In this document: positions 49,901 to 61,600 of the stretch, in pieces | Layout: the number at the start of each line of letters is the position of its first letter | Numbering within the stretch: the stretch's first letter is position 1 | NCBI GenBank assembly: GCA_002269645.1 | Contig: NIVC01002851.1 | Location: 1 to 64,000 of the forward strand | Direction: 5' to 3' | Length of the DNA stretch: 64,000 nt | Source: Macrostomum lignano | Taxonomy: Eukaryota | Program-made: the position numbers and the translations under genes | Notes under the pieces: generated by a model | What the model was told of the DNA's origin: nothing | The model's database searches: none | What the model saw: only the letters and a program-made list of their open reading frames with translations

Positions 49901-52085
49901 AACAAATACAGTACCGTTTTTAACACAAAATTTTGCAGATTATAATGATGCTTAACAGTTTTTGATCTGATGCTTTAGTAAAAAACTGGGCCACAGCCTC
50001 CCAGATCCCTAGTGTCAGTTGGTGGGCCAGCCTCCCAGATCCTCAGTTACTGGGCCACCATGCACTTAATAAAAAAATATTTTAAATCCAGAATCTTACG
50101 CTGAAATTTCAAATTTCAAATTTTGCAATTAAAAATTTCAGATCAGATCAAAAGGATCACGAAGCTTTTCTAGTACAGTGTAAAGCCAAGAGTTAATGTT
50201 TCTGAATTTCTGAATCTCTGTTGAAGTGACTTCTAACAAATACAGTACCGTTTTTTTAACACAAAATTTTGCAGATTATAATGATGCTTAACAGTTTTTG
50301 ATCTGATGCTTTAGTAAAAAAGTTGATGCCGTCTCCTCTACCCTCCCAGATCCCTAGAGTCAGTTGCTGGGCCACAGCCTCTCAGATCCTCAGTTGCTGG
50401 GCCAGCCTCCCAGATCCTCAGTTGCTGGGCCACCAGCCTCCCAGATCCTCAGTTCATGGGCCAGCCTCCCAGAGTGTCAGTTGCTGGCCCACAGTCTCCC
50501 AGATCCTCAGTTGCTGGGCCAGCCTCCCAGATCCTCAGTTGCTGGGCCACCAGCCTCCCAGATCCTCAGTTGCTGGGCCAGCCTCCCAGATCCTCAGTTG
50601 CTGGGCCACCAGCCTCCCAGATCCTCAGTTGCTGGGCCAGCCTCCCAGATCCTCAGTTGCTGGGCCACCAGCCTCCCAGATCCTCAGTTGCTGGGCCGGC
50701 CTCCCAGATCCTCAGTTGCTGAGCCGGCCTCCCAGATCCTCAGTTGCTGGGCCACCAGCCTCCCAGATCATCAGTTGCTGGGCCAGCCTCCCAGAGTGTC
50801 AGTTGCTGGGCCACAGCCTCCCAGATCCTCAGTTGCTGGGCCAGCCTCTCAGATCCTCAGTTGCTGGGCCAGCCTCCCAGATCCTCAGTAGCTGGGCCAG
50901 CCTCCCAGATCTTTCAGATCAGTCTACAAGCGCCCAGCCAGACGCCTCAGTAGCTTATTGAACTGCTTGGTACGGCAAAAGTACAAATCGCGTCTCTCCC
51001 CTTCCTAAATTCACAGATAAAAACCGAGCCAACGAAGCGCCCTACAGACCGCCGTTGGACCTCTCCTCGCCAGTTCGAGTCGGCCTGTTCCGCTGCTCGG
51101 CCGGCACTCGGCAGTGTTTCAAATACTGGAAGCCTCAGGCCAATGGCTGCTTGACTGTAACTAAATTCAATGATTCGAAACCAATGCTGTTTCAAGAGAA
51201 GTGAGTAGTTTCTGTGTTTGTTTTTGGCTTTAGCCATAAACTATCCTTTGTATAAGGATAAAAATGTTTCGAATATCTCATTTTGAAGCGACATGTTCTG
51301 CCGATCGAATAGAAAGTTTCTCATTAGGAAACTTGTCAATATTGCGCAACTGAGGATCTGGGAGGCTGGCCCAGCAATTGAATATCTGGGAGGCTGGTGG
51401 CCCAGCAACTGAGGATCTGGGAGGCTGGTGGCCCAGCAACTGAGGATCTGGGTGGCTGGCTGTGCAGTTCACGCATCTAGTTTATTGTACAACCTTGCTC
51501 ATATTCCATGTGATGATATGGCCCTTCCAATGTTTTGGTGACTGTACTCGTAGTTTATTTAATCTAATATGTACTGATATATTTATTACGTTCAAATCCG
51601 TATTCGTGTCCAAGTTGGAGCTCATCTATCCTCTCATAAACAACTATTTTATTTACAGTGGGACTATCGCTACTTCTAGTAGCAGGTGTGAAATGTGCGT
51701 CAATTTAAAATTAAAATCAACTACTACAACTTACAATAAGCAGCAATTGGAGCCGGTGCTGATGGCTTCGGATTGTCTCACGGCGGTGCATAGTCTGTTG
51801 GCTTTTGAAGAGTCTCCACAGATTGGCCGGTCTGAGGCTTGTCCGGCTGATAATCAGTGCAATGATGGAGCCGATTACTCCAGGTTATATTCAGCTGCCT
51901 GCGGTTCTGGTAGTGAGGCTGGTCAATCCGATGCTTACGTGATTTTTTTTATTGTTGTTGGTGTTGGTGTTGTTGGTGTTGTTACATTTTTCGTGTCGAT
52001 CTGTTTTATTGTATTTAAACGTCGTAGGCGTCGTCATCTTGAAGTACTGCGCCAGCAGTTAGCAGCAGAAGAAAATCTACTGTAA
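40932..52085 (+). CDS. CUB + C-type lectin-like type I membrane protein (receptor 3; paralog of receptor 2)
   Basis: Exons 40932-40975, 41978-42273 (LNCKWEF), 43782-43863 (82 nt, FSWCSK), 45473-45723 (YCGRDWLAFNGRCFF), 51017-51200 (PLDL..VRVG) and 51659-52085 (TM YVIFFIVVGVGVVGVVTFFVSICFIVF then KRRRRR). All junctions are GT-AG and phase-compatible (2,1,2,1,2). Confidence 0.75.
41050..41955. repeat. 30-bp minisatellite (tccattctgacccacttatctgaccaatta), intron 1 of receptor 3
   Basis: About 29 units. Confidence 0.95.
42365..42713. repeat. About 31-bp minisatellite (cccattgagccaattggcatctcagcaact)
   Basis: About 11 units in intron 2 of receptor 3. Confidence 0.9.
42714..43450 (-). mobile_element. 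LTR-like GC-rich insertion ending in a perfect hairpin
   Basis: Minus-strand TATATATG near 43415 followed by a GC/pyrimidine-rich leader-like sequence. The left end is a 17-bp-arm palindrome containing TGTAGGACTC/GAGTCCTACA. Boundaries and class are uncertain. Confidence 0.4.
44231..44510. mobile_element. MITE family B, second copy
   Basis: Homologous to 24423-24692 in the same orientation; ends cagcaaca / tgttgctgagtata. Confidence 0.8.
45815..47520. repeat. 22-bp minisatellite (ccttgatgagaatcaccctcta) with recurring variant units
   Basis: About 75 units in intron 4 of receptor 3. Confidence 0.95.
48105..48170. repeat. Dispersed repeat fragment shared with about 27225-27300
   Basis: ttttgggt.aacggcaagagtaac...tgcct.gtcatctaattagtact occurs at both sites. 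Confidence 0.6.
48451..48804 (-). mobile_element. tRNA-derived SINE family A, second copy, with 9-bp TSD
   Basis: Reverse complement of the 17976-18345 body. CAGAAGCTC is duplicated at 48442-48450 and 48805-48813. Confidence 0.8.
49044..49361. mobile_element. MITE with about 30-bp TIRs, 9-bp TSD and internal (TTAGGG)-like repeats
   Basis: Ends ggggcccatcacaagctcgaaaaatcacat / atgtgatttttcgagcttatgatggcgaccc. TSD gctcagttg (49035-49043) vs gctgagttg (49362-49370). tagggttagggttag runs at 49170-49280. Confidence 0.8.
49795..50320. repeat. About 190-bp direct duplication (about 49800-49985 and 50135-50320)
   Basis: ttcagatcagatcaaaaggatcacgaagc...gatctgatgctttagtaaaaaa is present twice. Confidence 0.85.
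50340..50915. repeat. 28/31-bp minisatellite (ctgggcca[cca]gcctcccagatcctcagttg); inverted copies at 51345-51460
   Basis: Tandem array with extra units at 49986-50060. Reverse-complement units (caactgaggatctgggaggctgg..cccag) lie at 51345-51460. Confidence 0.92.
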
Positions 52086-53284
52086 GAACGTCAAATTTTA
52101 GATCCAACTGCATGACTTCTATATAGCTTTATCTGCGGATATCAGATAGTCATGTCGTACCGTGTTTAAACGATTAACAGAAGTCTGCTTATACTGGCAA
52201 AAAGCAGCTTTTTGCTGGGTTTGTTTAAATTTTATTTGTTTTGACTGCAGAACAGCGGTTTTCATTCGAGATTGTGTCACACAAGAGACTTATTATTTGC
52301 CCCTTCCTGCACCCTGTGTCTGACTGGCCTCGCCCGTGTGTACATTGCTACGAGTATATGATAAGGATATATGTTTAATTTTACCATTTATAATGGCGAA
52401 AAAACGCGAATTATGCTCACTTATGTTCACTAGTAGATAAGCGCACTTTTTTTAAATGTTAATTTTCGGCCACGAGTTTGACTCAAACAAAACCTCGAGC
52501 TCTAGCATACATCCTAAGCCTAAGTCAAAGTCCTATTTGCAACCCCTGTCAGTCAGTCGAAATGTCAGAACATTCAGAATTTATCATTAGCCAGAACATT
52601 AGCCAGCTGATAAAAATCTCCATCCACCTTGTGTGCAAAGGAACTACTGGAAAAGACTCAAAATGACTAGCTGACTGACTCACTCATCCGCAGGTTTATG
52701 ACTCCCATCTCATCTCATTGTAAATACCTCTATGCTCTATTATGGCCTCCACTGCGCTTAGGCACCTGTGCAATATAAGTTATTTTTGCAATATATTAAA
52801 CAAGTAAGTGTTGTTGGATACGTATTTATAATATAAGTATACTATATATACAATATATATCATGTAAACATGCTATATATACTGATCATGCTTTTTTGTA
52901 TTAAATTCCAATAGTTAATTTGCTAGTTTAACTTCATTTTTTTCTTGTAAAAATGATACCAGGATAATAAATAATTTAGTTCATCAAGTGAGCACACTTA
53001 GTCCTTCAGTTTGTGCCTTGTTTATTAGACACCTCATAACCCTACAACTTTTCAGGCCCAACAAATCGCATAGTAACGATTCACGTACAGACAAAACGAT
53101 TCACACACAACAGCCACAGCAGTTCACACAACAACAACAATTCACTTGCAGCAATATCAACAGGCGTCTGCATAATTTAATGAGTTTTTTGTTACAATAA
53201 TCAAATTTACTCCATGCATGCTATTATAGTCTCGAATCTACCACCGGCTACTCATGCCATTGCCATAAATTTTTTCATTTCTAA

Positions 53285-53584
53285 ATGTCATCACCGCCCG
53301 CTGAGTCTTCGACTTCTTCTTCTACTAAAAGCCCGCAACAAGACTCAGCCACTCTATTCGGACCCAAAGCGTGTACTCATCTTAAAGAGGAGCTGCGACT
53401 CTGCTTGTTGCTATCCGATTGCGTTAAACGTGATCGAAGGACGCCGTTGGACTGCCTGCGCGATCCCAAAGCCGACGTGCCGGCCGAGTGTCAGGCGGCT
53501 CGCTACAATTTGTTCATCTGCCGGCGGGAGCAGCTCGATAATAGGAATCGATTTAGGGGGAAGAAGTTCTCCCAGGCCTACTGA
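53285..53584 (+). CDS. COA5: Cytochrome c oxidase assembly factor 5 (Pet191 family)
   Basis: ACTHLKEELRLCLLLSDCV...TPLDCLR...CQAARYNLFICRREQLDNRNRFRGKK matches the COA5/Pet191 cysteine pattern and the C-terminal LDNR.RFRG motif. Confidence 0.9.
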   Translation: MSSPPAESSTSSSTKSPQQDSATLFGPKACTHLKEELRLCLLLSDCVKRDRRTPLDCLRDPKADVPAECQAARYNLFICRREQLDNRNRFRGKKFSQAY

Positions 53585-53679
53585 TTCACTCTTTGATTGG
53601 TTGTTGCTTTTGTTGAGGTATGCAAGGGGTTTTATGTGTGTTGAAGGGAAGCTGACACAAGGGGGAGAAGGGGAACTGA

Positions 53680-55100
53680 CAGACACAATGGGAGTTTGCA
53701 GACAGGGAACTGACACACAGGTGGACTGACATCCAGAGGAACTGACACACATGTGCAACTGACATCCAGAGGAACTGACACATGTGCAACTGACATCCAG
53801 AGGAACTGACACACAGGTGGACTGACATCCAGAGGAACTGACACACATGTGCAACTGACATCCAGAGGAACTGACACATGTGCAACTGACATCCAGAGGA
53901 ACTGACACACATGTGCAACTGACATCCAGAGGAACTGACACACAGGTGGACTGACATCCAGAGGAACTGACACACAGGTGCAACTGACACCCAGAGGAAC
54001 TGACACACAGGTGGACTGACATCCAGAAGAACTGACACACAGGTGTAACTGACAAACGGGGGAACTGACACACAGGGAAACTGGCCCACAGGTGGACTGA
54101 CAACCCAGAGGAACTGACACAGGTGCAACTGACACACGACACAGGGGACTGACACAGGGGAACTGGCACCCAGAGGGACTACTGACACAAGGAACTGTAC
54201 AGAGAAGGAAGAGCTGGTAAACACAGTAGAGAACTGAAAGACACAGGTGAAACTAATAGACCCAACGAGAGGGGGTGTTGACAGACAGTGTGAACTGACA
54301 GACACAAGTGGGAACTGACAGACATTACTGGGAACTGACAGACACAAGTGGGAACTGACAGACATTACTGGGAACTGACAGACACAAGTGGGAACTGACA
54401 GACATAAGTGGGAACTGACAGACATAAGTGGGAACTGACAGACATTAGTGGGAACTGACAGACATAAGTGGGAACTGACAGACATAAGTGGGAACTGACA
54501 GACATTACTGGGAACTGACAGACACAAGTGGGAACTGACAGACATAAGTGGGAACTGACAGACACAAGTGGGAACTGACAGACATTACTGGGAACTGACA
54601 GACACAAGTGGGAACTGACAGACATTAGTGGGAACTGATAGACATAAGTGGGAACTGACAGACACAAGTGGGAACTGACAGACATTACTGGGAACTGACA
54701 GACACAAGTGGGAACTGACAGACATTACTGGGAACTGACAGACACAACTGGGAACTGACAGACATTACTGGGAACTGACAGACATAAGTGGGAACTGACA
54801 GACATTACTGGGAACTGACAGACACAAGTGGGAACTGACAGACACAAGTGGGAACTGACAGACATTAGTGGGAACTGATAGACACAAGTGGGAACTGACA
54901 GACATAAGTGGGAACTGACAGACACAAGTGGGAACTGACAGACATTAGTGGGAACTGACAGACATAAGTGGGAACTGACAGACACAAGTGGGAACTGACA
55001 GACATTAGTGGGAACTGATAGACATAAGTGGGAACTGACAGACACAAGTGGGAACTGACAGACACAAGTGGGAACTGACAGACATTAGTGAAAACTGACA
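53680..55100. repeat. Compound minisatellite: about 30-bp gaggaactgacacac... units (53680-54130), then 20-bp gggaactgacagacacaagt units (54280-55100)
   Basis: Visible arrays between COA5 and ALG13. Confidence 0.92.
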
Positions 55101-55256
55101 GACACGGGGCTGAAAAAGTGAAATTGGCGGACACAAGGGTAACTGCCAGATTTCCATACAATGATATTCTTCACTCAACGCTTTCCAGACCAAGACACCA
55201 GGACAACTTCAGACAGTGCAGCAAAGATAAAGACCAATAACAAAGAGCCAGTCGCT

Positions 55257-57703
55257 ATGCCCAACGTATTTGCCACTGTCGGCACAACTTCTTTCGACGC
55301 TTTAATCCGCCGATTAGATTCTCCGGAATTGCATAAAATCCTCTGCGACCAGCTGGGCTATCACGGCTTAGTTATGCAAATAGGTCGAGGCGATTACGAA
55401 CCTGTAGCTCACACTGCTCGGGATTACCCATTAGAGGGTCGGTTCTCCGTTAGTTACTATCGATTTAAACCGTCCCTGGCTGCCGATATCGCCGCCGCAG
55501 GATTAGTGATTAGCCACGCCGGAGCTGGCAGCGTGTTGGAGTCATTGAATGCCGGAAAACGTTTACTAGTTGTTGTCAACGACGATTTGATGCATAATCA
55601 TCAAACTGAACTGGCTCACCGGGTTGCTAGGCAAGTAATAAATTCAATTTCCATGTTTTGTAGCTTTGAATTGCAGTGGATTATGACCCCTTCGAAGACC
55701 CCCAACAGCCATAATATATGACCCCAACAATCATAGACTATGACCCCTAGCAGCCATAGACAATGACTCCCAACAGCCATAGACAATTACCCCCAACAGC
55801 CATAGACTCCACTCTGACCCAAATTAGCATAGACTATGACCCACCAACAGCCATAGACTATGACCCCCTAACAGCCATAGACTATGACCCCCTAACAGCC
55901 ATAGACTATGACCCCCCAACAGCCATAGACAATTACCTCAATAGCCATAGACTATGACCCCCAACAGCCATAGACTATGACCCCTAAAAGCCATAGACAA
56001 TTACCCCAGCAGCCATAGACTATGACCCCTAAAAGCCATAAATCATGACCCAAACAGCCATAGACTATGACCCCCAACAGCCATAGACTATGACCCCCAA
56101 CAGCCATAGACTATGACCCCCAACAGCCATAGACTATGACCCCTAAAAGCCATAGACAATTACCCCAGCAGCCATAGACTATGACCCCTAAAAGCCATAG
56201 ACTATGACCCCCAACAGCCATAGACTATGAGCCCTAACAGCCATAGACAATTACTCCTAACAGTCATAGACAATGACCCCCAACAGCCATAGACTATGAC
56301 CCCCCTAACAGTCATAGACAATTACCCCAGCAGCCATAGACTATGACCCCTAACAGCTATAGACTATGACCCTTAAAAGCCATAAATCATGACCCAAACA
56401 GCCATAGGTTATGGCCTCAACAGCCAGACTATAACCACAACAGCCATAGACAAATACCCCCAACAGCCATAGACTATGACCCCCAACAGCCATAGACTAT
56501 GAGCCCTAACAGCCATAGACAATTACTCCTAACAGTCATAGACAATGACCCCAACAGCCATAGACTATGACCCCCCTAACAGTCATAGACAATTACCCCA
56601 GCAGCCATAGACTATGACCCCTAACAGCTATAGACTATGACCCTTAAAAGCCATAAATCATGACCCAAACAGCCATAGGTTATGGCCTCAACAGCCAGAC
56701 TATAACCACAACAGCCATAGACAAATACCCCCAACAGCCATAGACTATGACCCCCAACAGCCATAGACTATGAGCCCTAACAGCCATAGACAATTACTCC
56801 TAACAGTCATAGACAATGACCCCCAACAGCCATAGACTATGACCCCCCTAACAGTCATAGACAATTACCCCAGCAGCCATAGACTATGACCCCTAACAGC
56901 TATAGACTATGACCCTTAAAAGCCATAAATCATGACCCAAACAGCCATAGGTTATGGCCTCAACAGCCAGACTATAACCACAACAGCCATAGACAAATAC
57001 TATGACCCCAACAGCCATAGACAAATACCCCCAACAGCCATAGACAATTAACCCTAACAGCCATAGACAATTACCCCTAACAGCCATAGACTATGACCCC
57101 CTAACAGTCATAGACTATGACCCCCAACAGCCATAGACAATTTCCCCAGCAGCCATAGAGTATGACCCCTAACAGCCATAGACTATGACCCCTAACAGCT
57201 ATAGACTATGACCCCTAAAAGCCATAAATCATGACCCAAACAGCCATAGGTTATAGCCTCAACAGCCAGACTATGACCCCAACAGCCATATACAAATACC
57301 CCTAACAGCCATAGACAATTACCCCTAACAGCCATAGACAATTAACCCTAACAGCCATAGACAATTACCCCTAACAGCCATAGACAATTAACCCTAACAG
57401 CCATAGACAATTAACCCTAACAGCCATAGACGATTAACCCTAACAGCCATAGACGATTAACCCTAACAGCCATAGACTATGACCCCTAACAGCCACGCCA
57501 ACAAATATAATATAAAACTAATAAGTAATTAATGTGTCCCCTGTTCCAGAGACGGACACCTGGACACAACGGTATGCGTCGACCTTGAAGACGCCCTTAA
57601 ACGCCTGACCCCCGTAAGCCAGTTGAAACCGTTTCCTCGAGGCGAACCGGAGAAATTCGCCAAATTCCTTGACAGCGTTATGGGATTCGGCGATGGGGAT
57701 TAG
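55257..57703 (+). CDS. ALG13: UDP-N-acetylglucosamine transferase subunit ALG13 (short form, 175 aa)
   Basis: Exon 55257-55630 (VFATVGTTSFDALI, QIGRG, YRFKPSL, LVISHAGAGSVLESL, LLVVVNDDLMHNHQTELA) plus exon 57550-57703 (DGHL...FPRGEPEKFAKFLDSVMG). Joined in frame through a GC-AG intron (AG|GCAAGT). Confidence 0.92.
55700..57495. repeat. About 22-bp minisatellite (gaccccaacagccatagactat) filling the ALG13 intron
   Basis: About 80 units, with a larger block repeated at about 270-bp spacing. Confidence 0.95.
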
Positions 57704-58094
57704 ACAGCGTCAGTTATTTTCATTGATAATTCTTTGCGTCATTTTTTTGCAAAAGTACAATATATGTACTTTTAATCAATTAACAGTCGAATTGTAAAAG
57801 ATCTTCGATCGCGTTGAAATAATTTACAGACCAATATTGTACGTGTGTTATAGCAATTTAGTGTATTACAATTACAAACCATTTTTAGTATATGGAAGTT
57901 AGCTCTCTTAAGTTAATAAGTTTCAACAAATACAAGTGCTGAGTTTTTCTGCTTGCGGCATTGTTGTCTTCTATAAGATGCAGGATTTTGCTGCTTTAAA
58001 ATTTCTTTCTCTAGTTTAAAAAACTCAAACTGTTAGCCTGAATTATTAAATAGATTTCTGTATGACTAAATCGGGTTTGATTTAGTTCTCAAGT

Positions 58095-58560
58095 CTAGTT
58101 TCAGCCTCTACTTCAGGCTAGATTCAGGGTCTACTTCAGGCTAGATTCAGGGTCTACTTCAGGCTAGATTCAGGGTCTACTTCAGGCTAGATTCAGGCTC
58201 TAGTTCAGGCTAGATTCAGGGTCTAGTTCAGGCTAGATTCAGGGTCTACTTCAGGCTAGATTCAGGGTCTACTTCAGGCTAGATTCAGGGTCTAGTTCAG
58301 GCTAGATTCAGGGTCTAGTTCAGGCTAGATTCAGGATCTACTTCAGGCTAGATTCAGGGTCTAGTTCAGGCTAGATTCAGGGTCTAGTTCAGGCTAGATT
58401 CAGGGTCTACTTCAGGCTAGATTCAGGGTCTACTTCAGGCTAGATTCAGGTTCTACTTCAGGCTAGATTCAGGGTCTAGTTCAGGCTAGATTCAGGGTCT
58501 AGTTCAGGCTAGATTTAGACTCTACTTCAGGCTATATTAAATCACGCTTTAAGCCATCCT
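58095..58560. repeat. 23-bp minisatellite (ttcaggctagattcagggtctac)
   Basis: About 19 units between ALG13 and the SRA gene. Confidence 0.95.
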
Positions 58561-58681
58561 TCAGGCTAAAATGGAGTAGTTCAGGAAAGATTTGATTTAG
58601 GCTTCAGAATAAATGGTTCAATTCGAGTTCATTCAGTACTTGTTGATCGCACATTCATCCACCATTCCCAGCTAATAAGCC

Positions 58682-61600
58682 ATGTCTCTAAGCGAATACG
58701 AACAGCGTCGTCTGAAAAATCTCGCCGAAAATCGGCGCATTCTTGGCGAACTCGGCGCTTTAAATTCGCCACCGAAACGATGGACAAAGCCTTCGATTTC
58801 TAAGCTGCCAACGGCTGCGGCGTCTAAGAAGCGGCAGTCTTTGATCTCTAATAATAAGAATCGCCGACAGTCTAACAAGCCGAAACCTGTCAGCCGATCA
58901 TCTGACGCAGCCGGCGAGCCCGAAGCTGTCCAGGACGCCGATTCCGACGCCGTTTTAGCTCGCCGTTTGGCGGCTGAATTCAACGAAGCGCCCAGGCGGT
59001 CGAGTCGCAGGCTTGAGGGCCGGCCGGCGCCGCAGTACATTGGCCAGTGTGACGGCTACGGCAAAGACGACAGCGGTGAGGAGAACTGGGTGCCGTCGTC
59101 GGGTCGGCGCGGTCGCGGCTCTGACGACGACGATGATGAGTACGACAGCGAAGATGAGGACAGCGATGGCGAGGGCGGTGAGTAGTAGAGGGAAGGCTGC
59201 TGAGGTGTCTTACATGCTATCTATTTGTGTGATTTTTAGCTAGTTTAGGCCTAGCTCGTATTTAGTGTGAATCTTACGGTGGGCGCTGTGCGTCTTGCAG
59301 TGGACTGGAGTGAATCTTATACATGTGACATAGAGTGAATATTTTAGTGACCTAGTGTGAATCTTATAGATTTGTCACTTAGTGTGAGTCTTAGATTCGT
59401 GACCATGTGTGAATCTTATAGATCTGTAACCTAGTGTGAATCTTATAGATTTGTGACCTAGTGTGAATCTTATAGATTTGTGACCTAGTGTGAATCTTAT
59501 AGATCTGTAACCTTGTGTGAATCTTATAGATTTGTGACCTAGTGTGAATCTTATAGATTTGTGACCTAGTGTGAATCTTATAGATTTGTGACCTAGTGTG
59601 AATCTTATAAATTTGTGACCTAGTGTGAATCTTATAGATCTGTAACCTTGTGTGAATCTTATAGATTTGTGACCTAGTGTGAATCTTATAGATTTGTGAC
59701 CTAGTGTGAATCTTATAGATTTGTAACCTTGTGTGAATCTTATAGATTTGTGACCTAGTGTGAATCTTATAGATCTGTAACCTTGTGTGAATCTTATAGA
59801 TTTGTGACCTAGTGTGAATCTTATAGATTTGTGACCTAGTGTGAATCTTATAGATCTGTAACCTTGTGTGAATCTTATAGATTTGTGACCTAGTGTGAAT
59901 CTTATAGATTTGTGACCTAGTGTGAATCTTATAGATTTGTGACCTAGTGTGAATCTTATAGATTTGTGACCTAGTGTGAATCTTATAGATCTGTAACCTT
60001 GTGTGAATCTTATAGATTTGTGACCTAGTGTGAATCTTATAGATTTGTGACCTAGTGTGAATCTTATAGATTTGTGACCTAGTGTGAATCTTATAAATTT
60101 GTGACCTAGTGTGAATCTTATAGATCTGTAACCTTGTGTGAATCTTATAGATTTGTGACCTAGTGTGAATCTTATAGATTTGTGACCTAGTGTGAATCTT
60201 ATAGATCTGTAACCTTGTGTGAATCTTATAGATTTGTGACCTAGTGTGAATCTTATAGATTTGTGACCTAGTGTGAATCTTATAGATCTGTAACCTTGTG
60301 TGAATCTTATAGATTTGTGACCTAGTGTGAATCTTATAGATTTGTGACCTAGTGTGAATCTTATAGATCTGTAACCTTGTGTGAATCTTATAGATTTGTG
60401 ACCTAGTGTGAATCTTATAGATTTGTGACCTAGTGTGAATCTTATAGATTTGTGACCTAGTGTGAATCTTATAGATTTGTGACCTAGTGTGAATCTTATA
60501 GATCTGTAACCTTGTGTGAATCTTATAGATTTGTGACCTAGTGTGAATCTTATAGATTTGTGACCTAGTGTGAATCTTATAGATTTGTGACCTAGTGTGA
60601 ATCTTATAGATCTGTAACCTTGTGTGAATCTTATAGATTTGTGACCTAGTGTGAATCTTATAGATTTGTGACCTAGTGTGAATCTTATAGATTTGTGACC
60701 TAGTGTGAATCTTATAGATTTGTGACCTAGTGTGAATCTTATAGATCTGTAACCTTGTGTGAATCTTATAGATTTGTGACCTAGTGTGAATCTTATAGAT
60801 TTGTGACCTAGTGTGAATCTTATAGATCTGTAACCTTGTGTGAATCTTATAGATTTGTGACCTAGTGTGAATCTTATAGATTTGTGACCTAGTGTGAATC
60901 TTATAGATTTGTGACCTAGTGTGAATCTTATAGATTTGTGACCTAGTGTGAATCTTATAGTGTGACCTAGTGTAAATCTTATATAATGATTTAGTGTGAT
61001 TCTAATACTGAAATTAGGTGTGAATCTTATAGTGTGACCATGTGTGAATCTTATAGATGTGTGACCAGGTGTGAATCTTATAGTGTGACCAGGTGTGAAT
61101 CTCACAGATGTGTGACCAGGTGTGAATCTACAGTGTATGGACCAGTTTTAAAACGTTAAATTACACAGGTGTGAATCCTTCGCTAGTACAATAGTCTCTT
61201 TAATCCGCTGTCTCAACCCCCCTTCGGCCCCCAGGCGGCAGTCGCCGAGCCCGCCGAGCAGCCGCTGCCAGCGGTAGCAGCGTATTCGACCGACCCAAGG
61301 TGGCCAAAAACCGGCCGAACATCTACGGCGCCATAGCCGGCGTTGCCGTGGGCACCCTGTTCGAGACTCGAATTGACGCCTGCCTAGCGGGACTGCACCG
61401 GCCAACGGTGGCCGGCATCCACGGCGGCACGGACGGAGCCTACTCGATCGCCCTGTCCGGCGGCTACGAGGACGACATCGATCTGGGCAGCCATTTCACC
61501 TACACTGGCGAGGGCGGTCGCGATTTGAAAGGCACCAAATCGAATCCGAAAAATCTGCGCACAGCGCCGCAGACTAAGGATCAAGCTTTGAGCAGGAATA

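Noticed and set aside
53214-53729. 171-aa minus-strand ORF overlapping COA5
   Set aside because: It is an antisense shadow of COA5 extending into repeats, with no family features.
59375-61105. 576-aa minus-strand ORF of IRFTLGHKS repeats
   Set aside because: It is the translation of a 27-bp intronic minisatellite inside the SRA gene, whose exons join in frame across it.
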